Shown one piece after another: positions 13,407 to 26,155 of a DNA stretch of 64,000 bases. The DNA is from Bilabrum cf. latius. Its lineage: Eukaryota. The stretch is taken from positions 868,001 to 932,000 of the forward strand of contig OZ237759.1 in the NCBI GenBank assembly GCA_965178125.1, written 5' to 3'. The notes beneath the pieces were generated by a model that saw only the letters and a program-made list of their open reading frames with translations, had not been told where the DNA came from and searched no databases. Numbering within the stretch: the first letter of the stretch is position 1; the number at the start of each line of letters is the position of its first letter. The position numbers and the translations under genes were made by a program.

Positions 13407-16319
13407 ATGGTAAATCCCGGTGCCGACCTACCATCGCTCTCAGCATTATTAGGGGAGTTCACCGGTGAAGCACCGAAAGACGGAATTGAGGGCGCAGTCT
13501 CTGAACTACGTGGGGCCAGCCAGCTTCGGATCGAGGCCGACATGCTCGATTACAGTTACGTTGAAAAGTGTTCAAGCCCCAGGGAATTGTATGCCATACT
13601 GTTGGCTTTGCGCAATGGAACGTACGGAAAGTACGAGCACCTGGAGAAGTTTGTAGAGGACAAGCTAATAGCGCACATGTCACCTCCCCAGAGGTCAAAG
13701 TACATTAGTCTCACCAGAGGTCCAACCACGCAAGAATAGAGCGAAGCTGCGTGCGATATCGATGCCTGGTTGCGATCCCAGCAGGCTCGCAAATCAATAT
13801 CATCCTTCGGAATAGACCCAAGTGCAACCCCTCAGGCTCCGTCGGCAGCCATGCACAGCCAACGGCCTAACTTGCCGCCTCCACGGAACCAGCGAGCGGC
13901 TGCACCAAAGGGTACATCGACGGCCCGGGTTACAGTTGAGCCGCAGCCCGTGGTAGCGTTGAAACGAGGCCCTTCGGCTGGCCCTTCGACAGCTCCCACG
14001 GACGCCAGAGTGGTGGGGTTCGACGAGTACCACAAGCGATGGGAGCAGTTCGATCCGGAGACGGCCATCAGCAGCGAAGAAGCTTTGGCAGGCGAACAGA
14101 GGTCGAAGGACGAAGACAGGCTGCGGGCCGAGCGGCTGGGCCAGGCCAGCGCGACAAGTGGGGCGGGCCCGCAGGTGGCCCAGCAGGAGCGCATCAAGGG
14201 CAACGAGGCGTTCAAGGCAGGAGACCTGAGGGAGGCGCAGGCCTACTACTCGAGGGCCATTGAGGCGGACCCTTTGTGCAAGGAAGCCCTCAGCAACCGG
14301 TCTGCCGCTCGGCTCAAGCTGGGGCTTACTCGCGGTGCTGAGGAGGACGCCGCTAGGTGCATCGAGGTGGACCCGGGCTTCCCCAAGGGCTGGCTGAGGA
14401 GGGCGAGGGCGAGGCGGGCGAGGGGCAACCTGGAGGGTGCCATGCAAGATGCAGCGAGGGGGCGAGAGGCGGCCGCTGCGCTGGCCAAGGACCTGCAGGC
14501 GCGGGGGCAGGGCGATGAGGCGGTCCGTGCAAGGTCGCTGGTGGTGAGCGCAGGGCAATTGCGGCGAGACCTGTAGGAGGAGGAGACGAAGAGAAGGGGT
14601 GCTGAGTCCACCGTGAGCCCGCCCCCGGTGCCTCTTGCCTCGAGCGGGGCCAGCGGTAACAAAGGAGCCAGCGGGAGCAAGAAGCGGGTAGCCATCCAGG
14701 TCGTGGACGAGGAGGAGGACAACGAGGAGGACGACGCCATCGCAGCACTGGCCGCGATGGGGGCGGAGGGCAGTAGGGAAGAGCAAGGGCCTGCACGGGA
14801 CGACCGCAGCGATGCACCGGGAGGTGCACCAGCAGGTACCTTCAGGCGTGTGCCGATCCAGATTGATGATGATGATGATGATGACGACGACGACGACGAC
14901 AGCGATGGCGATGGCGATAATCCTTCGCCCGTCGGTAGAGCACGCGCGGAAGACCCGTCCCTTGCTCGCCAGCAAGGGAACGACCAGGCCGCCGCGACTC
15001 AAGACTCGCTCTTCCAACCCACTCTGGGCTACACTCGTCCCTCTAACGCAAGCACCGCTGCCGCCCGCGACGATGCCTCTCTCCTCAAAGTGGCGGGCAG
15101 CGCGGCCCTGCAGCGCGGCGCCGTACAGGAGGCGCGCACCGACTACCAAGACGCGTTGGCCATGCACGGAGGTCTCGTGGCGGCGCGCACCAACCTCGCG
15201 CTGGTGTATCTCCGCATCGAGCAGCCGGCGCACGCCAGGGAACAAGCCGCCCTTGCGCTGCTATCACTGGGCTGGCACGCTGAGCACTTGCCTCCGAGCA
15301 GCGCAGCCGACGCGCTGCATCGGATCGGCGAGGTAGGAGCTGCACGAGGGGCGGAGTGGCGGAAATAGGCTGGCTCGTGCGTGGACGCGGGGGCCTGCAA
15401 GGATGCGGGCGTCGCAGAGGAGGAGGCCGGGGAGGGCGGGCAGTCTACCGCGGCGGCAGAGTCGGTTGGTGCGAAGCTAGCGTGCCGTGCCCTGGTCCGC
15501 AGGGCGCATGCCTTGGAGCAGGAGGGCGAGGCAGTCGCTGCTGCGTGGGCTGCTGCACAGGCGTGTGGGGTGCGTGGCGCGCCCGACGCAGTGCTGGGCA
15601 AAGCGGAGCAGGAGGCCAGTCGGCTAGCCTCGGTGGCTCTCGCCGCTGCCCGACGGGCAGGTGGATAGACGGGTCGAATGACCAGTGGGAGAGAAAAAAA
15701 GCGGGTTGCTGTCGTGGAGGAGATGGGGCACGGGCAGGATGAAGGAGAAGTTGAGGCTGCCAGTGGCACAGGCAGCTCCTCGCCACCGGGTAGGGCTGGC
15801 ACTGCAGCGGCGGATATGGAGGCAGTGCGGGCTGCATCTTTAGCTGCGGCGGCGCAGGCGGATGCAGCGATCCCCCCTGTCCCTAAGACTGCCCTAGACC
15901 TGGAGAGGGCGCTGCTGGCCGTGGGCAAGGACGCTGAGCCTGACAGGAGGGTGGCTTTCATTCGCGCACTGGCTGAGGCATCCGCGAAGGCGAAGCGCGG
16001 CAAGGGTAAGTGTAAGAAAAAGAGCAAAGGCGGGGTTATCAAGCAGCTGCACGCAATGCGGCCGATCGAGTCTGATTCCGCCCGGGGCCTCATCCAGTGC
16101 GCCGCCGAAGCCGCCAGCCAGAAGGGCCAGTCAGTCGACGCTGTTCGGTCCGTGCTGCAAGTCGCTGTAGAGGGCACAACGTGCAAGGGGGGCAGCATGG
16201 CAGCGATGATGATGGGCACCGAGGCCAAATCACGGGCATCTGGGCTATTGGAGGCGGCTCGGGCTGCAGGCGTCGACGAAGACTTTTTGACCAAGGCTGC
16301 GAGGTCGTTCGGACTATGA
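13407..16319 (+). CDS. SPAG1: SPAG1-like TPR co-chaperone (dynein arm assembly factor), ~970 aa
   Basis: N-terminal MLDYSYVEKCSSPRELYAILLALRNGTYGKYEHLEKFVEDKL is SPAG1-like. TPRs: ERIKGNEAFKAGDLREAQAYYSRAI, SNRSAARLKLG, PKGWLRRARAR. Poly-Asp tract. Four TAG joins in one frame. Confidence 0.78.
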
Positions 16320-16516
16320 GGCATGGCTGGCAGAGACTTGCCGCATGATTTCATTACCGTGAGTAGTACGGAATTCTAGGTCTAAAATTGTCTGTGCGTT
16401 GCACCAGAGGCAGTTGACGCTGGATCCTGCGATCCGGATAGGTATAGAAAATCAGCCGACAAGAATCCACCTGTGCCTCTCCACAGAACCCTGCCTGAAC
16501 ACCACATCCGGATGAT

Positions 16517-18517
16517 TCACGACCCAGCTGCCCTGCCCCGCCCGCTGCTGGCGCGCTCGCCCCCGCTCTCGATCACCTGATCCACGGCCCTGAGCCACAC
16601 AGGTGTGGTGCTGTGCATGGGATTTGGCACCGCCTGCTGGCCCGTCTGCACTTCCTGCGCCGCATGTCTCGATACTCCCTCCACCATGCGCTCGAACGCG
16701 CGCACGAACCGGCCCACCTCATCCGTCGTGTCTTCCCCGTACGACCGCAGCCGCTCCTGCGCATCCTTGAGCTTCTGGTGCTTCTGCCTAGAGACGTACT
16801 CCCCCACGACGCCCCCGACCCGCTGCCCCGCCTGCTGGTCCGTCAGTCGCCTGGCCACGAAGGTCATGTCGTTCAGCGGGGCCGTAACACTGACAGCCAG
16901 CCGCCAAACCAGGCAGTTCGCGACTGCCACTGAGAGCACCATCCCAACGATCACGGCGATGAGCAGAGGCACAGACGTCTGCTAGATGCGGTCCTCCAGG
17001 TCCTACAGGGGCGCCAAAGCCTCGCGTCGGTCCGCGTGCACTATCACAACAAACCTTGGCCTATGGACGGCATTCAAAAACTGCTGGCTCCCGCCCTGGG
17101 CTATGTCCGAGGACACGGCCGGGTCCGTGGACGAGGTCCGGAGGGCATCCGCCGCGGTGGGCCTGTCCGCGGGGTGCAGCGGGACTGACGCAGCGGCCAC
17201 CAGCCACTGATCGCGTACCCTACCCTCGCCTTCCGTCCTGGCAGTCGCGGCAGGCGGGGCTGTCCCGTCCCTGTTGATGGCCAGTGAGAAAAACTCGTCC
17301 TCAGTAACTGGGCTGTCAGGTAAATCCCACAGCAAGGGAGCTTGTGCGGCATTCACAGCCTCTGCATCACCCTCCACGGCCCGCAACTGCGCGTCTGCCT
17401 CCCAATAGGGGCTGGCCACCACGCGGCCATCGGGTGTGGTGAGGTGCGCCGCAGGAGATCCCCTGAAGGTCACGTTGAGCACCGCCTCCGAGAGGGTATC
17501 CACCTTAATATCGGCTCCCAGCACGCCTGCCAGGCGGGGATGCACGCCGGGGGCGCGCTAGAAAATTCCTTGAACGAACGAGATGAGCCAGCCGTTCCCA
17601 AAAGCGTCGACGTACGGGCTGGTCACGGCCTGCTCCCCCTCGAGCCCAACTGACTGCCGGTACCAGCCGCGCACTCGAGGATCATAGGTCGGGCTGATCG
17701 GTGCCCCGGGGAATAAGCGGGTGAGGCCCTGGTGTGCCATGCCCAGGAACACCTGCAGCACCACGTCGTACTGCTGGAGGATGCGGCCCACGACGACGTC
17801 CACGCTACGGAGCGCTCGCCTCTGACGGTTCGTCTCGGCCTCCAGGATGGACACGTCGGGGCCGGGAGACAGGGCTTGACCGGGCACATACCATGAGCTT
17901 CGGTCATCCACACCTTGTTGCCCTGTTCTAGACGAAATGGAATCAGCAGCGACGTCCCCGTGCCACAAGTCGCCGTCGGATGAGAGCCGAGCTGCCAGAC
18001 TAGAGTTTCCCGCCCGTGGTGTACCTGGCACAGGTACAGCAATAGCGTAGGGTAGTCCCTCCACATTCAAGAGTGATTGCTTTGCCTGTGTTGCATTTGC
18101 CGACTATTCTGGCTCGAACGTGCTATAGGCCTCCGAGTATACGTTGGACAAATATGCCGTCACGGCATCCTCCACGCCCCGCAGTTGCACTTCCACGCGA
18201 GCTCCAAGCTCACGAGCAGTATCACCCACCTATCGGTCAGTTTGATCGTTCAATCCATTCCTCGTAATTGCGAGTGTCCTGTCCGACGTCACAGACACGC
18301 TCACGGCCAGAACAATTCCAATCAATACGATGGAGATGGTCACTGTCAGCCCAAAGTAGCGCAACATTTGCACAAGCAATGATGGAAGCTTATCCTTTGA
18401 CGTCGTCGAGCAGCACGGGCATGCACATTGCGATAGTACCTGCAGGCACCCGGGAGAGGATGCAGAACCGCTAGTAGACAAGCTCTTCTCGTCGTTACGC
18501 ACCTGGCCATCGCGCAT
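16517..18517 (-). CDS. Membrane sensor: TM - dCache_1 (amino-acid-binding motif) - TM - HAMP, no output domain (~666 aa)
   Basis: TM1 YFGLTVTISIVLIGIVLAVSV; YDPRVRGWY...VTSPYVDAFGNGWLISF...GVLGADI; TM2 LLIAVIVGMVLSVAVANCLVW; HAMP TAPLNDMTFVARRL...DEVGRFVRAFERMV. Five TAGs, TGA stop. Confidence 0.8.
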
Positions 18518-18733
18518 ATTTCGCCAGTGGCGCGGTCAGATGTTTTATAATACGTGCTGCTAGATGCTGAATATCTGCCAGTGTGCAACGAATGCGCCAG
18601 TTATCAGGGGCGAAAAGGTGCACCGTGTGGTCGCAAGTCCCACCGTACACCAGAATCCAAGCCGAGCGTCACCCGTCGTTGAAGCTGCAACATAGTAATG
18701 ATCGAGATGTCAGAATGCAACAACATGGTCCAG

Positions 18734-21700
18734 TCATGACCGATTGCCCCAGATGCCACCCGCACCAAGCCGCACCGCGGTATTGCTTGGCCCCGCACGA
18801 GAGCTGGCACCACCCCCAGCTGGCTCGGCACTAGTAGTGACAGCACCACTCTGCGGAGCTCGAACCACAGAGCGCATAGCATGTCTTGTCCGAGGCCCTT
18901 CGTGAGCCCCGGGCCAGATGCCCCGATCGGTCAAGCCATCTGTATCCGGGCCTGCCACCGTCTGCGCCAGCCGCACCGCCATGGCGACGCCTGATGCCTT
19001 CTCTGCTTCGCTCCGTGGGTAGGCTGGCTGCATTCCCAGGATCTAGGACGCGGTCTGATGTGCGCTAGACACATTCCTTGACTAGGCCTCTATGCCGCTG
19101 CCCCTCCCACTCAAGCTAGACCAGCCTGGGGCGCTGGGAGAGGAGGGCGCGGGCTCGTGAGCTGGGGCCAGGGCCAACTCAACGGCCTCCTCCTCTGGCA
19201 TACCCCCAGAGGGCCCCAGGACTTGCAGTCCAGGCGATCGAGGGGCCTTCGGGGCGCGTCTACGCGGTGACCTGCCGGTGGCTACTAGCGCAAGCCCCGG
19301 GGTAGAGGCGCTGCCTGGAGATGTGCTGCCTCTGCTGCTGCCGAGCGGGCTGGCAGACTGCCGTAGGGCCGCCTTGAGCTGCATAGGCGAGGCAGGTTGG
19401 GAACCTGCGCCAGCCTGACCTGGGGAGCTATCGGCACCCAGTGACTCTGGCGGGCTGCAGCCCATGGGCATGGCAGGCAGCGCAGCCTATTCCCTCCTGT
19501 CTCGCTGCCCCGCACCCCCTCCTACCGACCCTTCCGCCAGCCTTGTTTCGGCTGCTTCGAGCATTGCCAGCTGCCGGGCAATGTCATCGCGCGCCTGCCT
19601 CCACCTTGACAACAGCCGCTTCTCGCCCGTCTCCACGGCTCGTTCTCTGGGTCCAAGTGAGGCCTCGATGGAACTCACCCGCTGTTCCCTCAGCCGCAGC
19701 TACTCGCCCGCCTCTCTCTCCGCCTCCTCGGCCGTGACCAGCGCCGCCTCCGCCGCGGCGAGCCTCCGCTGCAGCTCTGCTGCCGCCTCCCGCTCCACCT
19801 CTACCGTGCGATCCCTCAAGCGCCGTGTCTCTTGCTGCACATCTTCCTTGGCGCGCAGCAGCTCTCGCTGTTCGTGTAGCAGGGCCCGTGCAATCCTCTG
19901 CTCAGCTTCTTTCTCCTTGTCCCTAAGGGCCTCCTCTCTCTACCTGAGAGCGGCCTCCCGCTGCTGCAGCCGGAGCTCTGCCTCCGCCGCGAGACTGGCC
20001 TCACGACTTGGGCTGGACCCTCTCGAGTCTAGTCCAGGCATGCCCAACCCGGGCGAGAAAGCAAAGGAATGAGGCTCACCGGCGGCGTCGCCCTTGCCTA
20101 TTCCAGCGACCGCATGGGACGTGCCCTGGCGCCAGCTCCCGCCCGCAAGCAGCTAGATGCAGAGTGGATCATCGCAGTGCTCAGGGCTGGTGCTGCCGAG
20201 TGTCTCCTCTGCATTCTAGCTCGCGCGCTGCAGCTGTTCTGCGGCACGCGCCATTGCACCGAATGATCGATACCCTGCGATAGCTGCAGCAGCTGCTCTA
20301 GTGGCCTGGGCCAGCTGGCCGAGCATCTGAAGCGTGGCCTGCACCTGCTCCGAGGTTCCGTCCTCCCTCTCAATCGTTCCATCTGTCCCTCGCAATGCGA
20401 CAAGCTCCGATGGACCCTGGCGAATGCCGCCGAACATGCGAGCCGCTGACACCACGCGAGGGTCCTGGTGAGACCCCAAGTCATCCAACAGCACATCTGC
20501 GTGGCCGTCACCAGGCTCCTGTACCCTTCGCAGCTGCGCTTGCCCCGCCCTGGCCACATCCAGCAGCCGGTCTCCGGCCGCTGTGAGCAGAGTGCCGGTG
20601 GAGGACGCCCCGATTGCCGCCGCTTGCAACACAAGCGGGTTCCTACCGGCTCCCCCGCCCGACCCCTGTGCCTGAAGCAAGCCTCCATGCCTTTCCACGG
20701 CCGGTTGCCCCTGGCCACTAAATGTTGCTTGATCGGCTAGCATACCAGCCAGCCGAGCCTCCAGCTCGTCCACGGCCAGCTCGCCGGGTGAGTCTGTGCT
20801 GGCAGCCCCACTTGACAGCCCGCTGTCCCCCTGGTGCCGCGCAAGCTCCTCTGCCAGACCATGCCGCTCAAACTGCGCCCTCAGTCGCTGCTCCGTGGGA
20901 CCTTCTCCCGTCTCTAGGCCCATCCCCAGGCCATCCGCTTCGCCCTCCTGCTCGCTGGCATCCCCACTGGGCCCACCCTCGTCCTCGAGCACTCCGCCCA
21001 GGTTACCGCCCTCCTTGCTTTCAGAGGCACCCGCACCACCGGTGGCAGCGTCATTCCTTCTCTCCCTCTGTTTTCCTCTCTCTTGCCTCCTCTTCCTCCT
21101 CCGCATCCTCCGCACGAACTTGATCATCACCTTGCGGGCCAGCTGCTCTGGGGAGAGCTTCTCAGCAGACCGCAAGCCTCCTCGCACGAACCGAAGCAGT
21201 CGCATGAAGGCACGCACACTCGCCACTGTTTGTGGTGATAGAGCGGACTGCAGCCTTGACTGAGCCACGCGCCCACCCCCAGTCGCCCGATTCTCGGCCG
21301 ATGCGTCCAAAACAGCCGTGGTGCTTCGTCGGATAGCGCCCCCAGGGCTATCAGCCCCTGCCCCCGACGCAGGGGGCAGGCCCATCCCCTCTTGTCCCAA
21401 GGCAGACGTAGGGTGAAGGTCCGCTGCGCCCGTCGGCCCCCTGCCCATGAGTCGAAGGAAGTCGCTGGGCTGCGCCTGGAATCGAGCCAGGGAAGCCCTC
21501 CGGTGGCACGGGCTGGAGGCACGCAGGCACCACGCGCCCACTGGGTGCGCAAACACGCCCAGCGATTGAAGGTGCCGAGGCCATCGCCTGCAGTCGTCCA
21601 TTAACCACTCCTTGCGGACGGGGGGTAGAGGCTCGCCGGGCCTCCCCAGCGCCGCTGTTGGAAGTGGCGGCGGTCGCAAGGCGCGCAGGCGAGCTTCACC

Positions 21701-22303
21701 CCGGGCGCCTTCCAGCAGCAGTAGTTGGCGCGCTTCTTTACTGGCCAGTCTTCGAGTGCTTCCAAATGCCATGCGATCCCTCCAGTCCCCGACGTGCTCG
21801 CCCCGGACGACAAGTGGGCCAGCCGAACGGGCCGAACAGGCTCGCTCGGGCTGGATATCCTCTCTGCTTGCAACAGAAACTCGTCTGGACGATGCGGGTG
21901 TCGTTGTACGCGATGCTGATTGCAGCACAGCAAATGGCATTGCAGAACTATTGCGCCGCTTTCTCCGCTTTGGCTGCGTGACCTTGTTGGAATATGTGGA
22001 TTGCCAAAGCTTTGTCGCATCCTCAGGTTCCTGAGCCGCGCCATTTGGGGCTACCTGAACGCTGGATATGGCCGATGAAATGCGTGTCCTGCCTGCTTCA
22101 GGTAGCACGGAGGGCGAGATTGCTGGCGTTTCCTCGTCATGAGCAAGCCCGCTGCGAAACTCCGTCGCGTCTGTGGCATCTGGCCCTAATCGGCGATTCA
22201 CCATTGAATCGCCCGCTTTATAATTAACACCAGGTAGCACATTGGTTCCACTTTCGACATGTATCGCTGATTCGCTGGCCAACGGGCTCTGGTCAGACTC
22301 CAT
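18734..22303 (-). CDS. Hypothetical low-complexity/coiled-coil protein (~1190 aa)
   Basis: ORFs 20216..22303, 19487..19678, 19082..19471 and 18734..19033 share one frame joined by TAGs. E/R/Q/A-rich heptads at ~19500-20000 and a basic cluster RRMRRRKRR. Confidence 0.65.
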
Positions 22304-22655
22304 TACGGTAGCCTATCGTTGCCTGACACCAAGGAGCTCCAGTCAAAAATTTAGGCGCAATTTTGTTGAACGATGATTATATATATGGAATGCTGGCTAC
22401 AAATCGAGCGAAAAATCGTCCAGAATTGAAGCAAAGACGCTCCCCATTCGGTGCGACGCTGACCCGTGCACGGTGTGACGAGGGTGTGCAGCCCGTCCAG
22501 TTGCTGCATGCATGCTGCATGCTGGCCAAGACCACCAACACGAAATCTACATTCACTAGAGTAGACTACCTCTAGTCACATAAACCCTGCTAGCACGCAA
22601 GCTGGCAGCCCCAACCCATGCTACGACGACAGTGATACCATGGAACCTTTCCATC

Positions 22656-24002
22656 TCACGCGGAATCGGCCTGCGGGTTGAATCGATCGGCCTCTCCCAC
22701 GCCCTCACCCACTTCCGGCTTGCCGCAGAGCACCCCCGCCAGGCTCTGCACCTTGCCATAGCCCATGTCCCCGTCCAGCATGGCCCGCACCCGCTTGGGA
22801 CCGTACAAGTTGGACACCAGGTAAGCGGTCCACGCAGGGGGCAGGTACACGGACAGATAGGTGAAGAACAGCAGCGGCTGCGGGGACATCCAGGCCTCCT
22901 GCAGTCCGTTGAACTCGGCACGGATCATCAGCTGGGCACACCTGTCTGCCGACATGCGGGCCGTGCTGTCCTGGTCCTCCTGCTGCCGGCTCACCTTGGC
23001 ACCGGGGGCGCCCAGCATCGCGTTCTTCGTGATTGAGGTTGCAACTGGCCCCGGGCATCCAAGCGCCACCCGGACACCCCTGAACTGCCCCTCCGCCCGC
23101 AAAGCGTTCATGTACCCCTGCACCGCGTACTTGGAGGCAGAGTAGGTGGCAGCACACGCAGACCCCACCTTGCCCGCCAGGCTAGAAGTGACGAGGAAGG
23201 AGCCGCCTCCGCACCTAAGCATGTCACGGTAGAAGGGCAGCTGCAGCTCCGCGGCCGATAGAAAGTTGAGGTCCAGCATGGAGCGGGTCTGGCCAGGGGC
23301 TGTCTCTTCGGCGAGCGCGCGCTGCGACCGCCCCGCATTGGTCACAAACACGTCGACCAGCGGGGCCCGCTGCACCCGGGAGCGCACTGGCCCCCTGTGC
23401 CCGCCCTCGCCCGCCAATTTGTCCTCGTCTGGCTCCTCCTCCAGACCAGCCGGGGCCCCTCGTCCGAATCGTGCGGCAACCCGAGCAACAATACGATTTC
23501 TATCAGTTTCGCGCGTCACGTCTGCTCCGATGCAAACGATGTCGATGCTCGGCTTGCTGCGCCTAGGCCGCACATCGTCTTGCTGAGTCCACTTGGTACA
23601 CGCGGAGGCATCAGACGCCCTCTCCTCTTCATCGCCGGCCGCTAGGCCAAATTTATTATCTAATATACCAGACCAAGTACGCTTGCCTTCCTTAGCAGAC
23701 TGTTCCGCAGCTTGTGAGGCTGACTGAGCAGTATCCTACAGCCTCCGAGTATCCCGCCCCACCAGGACCAAGCCGGACGCCCCAGCCCTCGCATACCTCT
23801 CGGCAAGTGCTTTCCCTATTCCAGAGCTAGCCCCGGTGATAAGAACTATCTTGCCTCTGTAGTCGTTTGGCTTGGGATCAGCAGCGAAACGCGCAGCAAG
23901 ATCCGCGTCACCAGTAAAAAGCACTGCTATGAATCCCACAACAATCAGTGCAAGAGCTACAAGCCCACCAAAGAGATAAAAAATCACGTTTATAACATCC
24001 AT
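22656..24002 (-). CDS. Short-chain dehydrogenase/reductase (DHRS7-like) with an N-terminal membrane anchor
   Basis: VLITGASSGIG, TNAGRSQR, TSSLAGK, YSASK, CPGPVAT. One TAG (23736) joins the two ORFs in frame. Confidence 0.88.
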
Positions 24003-24128
24003 TGGGACAGTACTTTGATCACGGGCGGCTTACGAATCTGTTCTTGGTTGGAATCGATCGGAGTATCCGGGCCATCATGCCTCACTAGCGTTCAGGACCG
24101 GAACGGCACTCATTTGTATTGATCTAGG

Positions 24129-26011
24129 ATGGCAAGTGCAACCGGAGAGCAAAAGATCGGCACCGTTGATGCCCCACTGCGTAAAGACACCATAACTGAT
24201 GATGGCGGCGTTGTCAAGCTCGTGCTGCAAGAAGGAGAGGGAGAACAGCCCCAGACTGGATATTCTATCAAGAGTGAGGAGGCTAATGCAGCATGCCCGG
24301 TAGTCTCTCGTGCCAGTGTGGTTTGATTTAGTGTGTACATGCATGTGTCAACCTTTCGGGTAGATCCCAGCCCGGGCGATGCTGTAGTGTTGGCTATTTT
24401 AGCAAGGTGCTCGCCGCTCGAGCCACGTGGCTGGCAGTCCTACCCGTCCCCATACACCCTTTGTGCGCAGTGCACTATCGCGGCACCTTGAAGTCGAATG
24501 GCAAGGAGTTTGACTCATCGTACAAGCGCGGCAAGCCGTTCGCTTTCAAACTCGGCCAAGGCCAGGTCATCAAGGCGTGGGACAAGGCGGTCGCCACCAT
24601 GCGGGTAGGAGAGAAGGCAGTCATCCAGGCCAGATCGGACTACGCGTATGGTAGCTCTGGCATGGGAGACATCCCACCGGACTCGGACCTGAACTTTGAG
24701 GTGGAGTTTGTGGGGGCCGAGGAGGCCAAGAAGCAGCTGTGGGAGATGACCGCCAGCGAGAAGATCGAGGAGGCCAGCAAGGCCAAGACCGCGGGGGATG
24801 GTGCCTTCAGGGAGGGCAAGGGCGACTTGGCCCTGGATAAGTGGTAGGAGGCCATCCGCATGCTGGAGGACGTCAGCAACCCGGACCTGCCCTCCTCCGA
24901 CGGGGCCGACGAGAGGCCGGGGGTGGATGCGGCCTGCGCGCGGTGCTACAGCAACTGCGCCGTGGTCTGTATGCGCGCCTCTCGCTGGAAGGAGGCAGTG
25001 GAGCACGCCGAGAAGGCCATCGCAAGGCACTCAGAGACTGCAGGGGTCAAGGCGCGCTTCCGTGCCGCGCAGGCGTGCCGTCACCTAGGCCAGCTGGACC
25101 GGGCCAAGGAGCACCTCACCGAGGCCCTGGCCATGTCTCCTGGGAATGAATCGATCCTAAAGGAGCAGGCTGAGCTGAAGAAGGCCTCCACTGCCGTAAA
25201 GGCCAAGAAGAAGAAGGCATACGGGGGCATCTTCTCAGTCAAAGGAAGAGAGAAGCTGAAGAAGGCAGGCGGGGCCCTGTACGCCGACCTCATCCCGGTG
25301 ACCGAGCACGACGACTGCCCGCGGGTGTTTTTCGATGTCAGCATCGGGAGCAAGCGAAGGGAGCGCATCGAGATCGCCCTCTTCACGGACACGACCCCCA
25401 AAACAGCAGAGAACTTCAGGGCCCTGTGCACTGGCGAGAAGGGCACCGGTGCTTCGGGCAAGCCCTTGCACTTCAAGGGCAGCAAGTTCCACCGCATCAT
25501 CGATAACTTCATGGCGCAGGGTGGGGACTTCACCAGCGGAGACGGGCGCGGGGGGGAGTCCATTTACGGGTCGCGGTTCGAAGACGAGAATTTCCGGTGC
25601 CTGCACGACCGGCCCTGCCTGCTCTCCATGGCCAACGCGGGCAAGGATACGAACGGGTCGCAGTTCTTCCTGACCTTCGTGCCAACGCCCCACCTTGACG
25701 GCAAGCACGTGGTGTTCGGTGAGGTGGTCAAGGGCAAGAAGACTGTCTACGAACTGGAGCTGGTAGGCAGCGGGGGCGGCGAGCCCAAGACGGACGTGGT
25801 CATCGAGGACTGCGGCGTGGTCGATGAGTACAAGCCCCAGCCCGTGCCCAAGCAGGGCCAGGAGGGGTTTGAGTCGCCGGACGAGGCCAAGAAGCAAGCT
25901 GTGGAGAGCAAAGAGGAGCTCTTGGCCGCTGCGAGTGGGGGGAGTGGGGCGGGGGAGGGGGGGGGAGATGCCGTAGATCCCCTGGAATCCAACAAGGAGG
26001 AGGAAAGCTGA
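24129..26011 (+). CDS. Dual-family immunophilin FKBP-TPR-cyclophilin (FCBP), 2 exons (24129-24273, 24471-26011)
   Basis: [18 protein letters not shown]...HYRGTL...[25 protein letters not shown]...YAYG...LNFEVE. Three TPR-like helices. Cyclophilin: [63 protein letters not shown]...GCAG intron; one TAG at 24845. Confidence 0.92.
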
Positions 26012-26155
26012 GCCAGCACCAGCAGAGTGATTTTGATTCGGGGCGATCCATGGTCTCAGTTCCATTTTGCAATATAACCAGCCTACGGACAGGGGGCTTC
26101 AATTCAGCATCCGCTGCTATCTGTGGGCACAGTCCACTTGCCCGCACCCGTGGGT

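Noticed and set aside
13800-16354. Long antisense ORFs (e.g. 13800..15245, 15143..16354; also 32287..33264, 46123..47208, 60191..61945)
   Set aside because: These are shadows of GC-rich sense genes, with no recognisable motifs.
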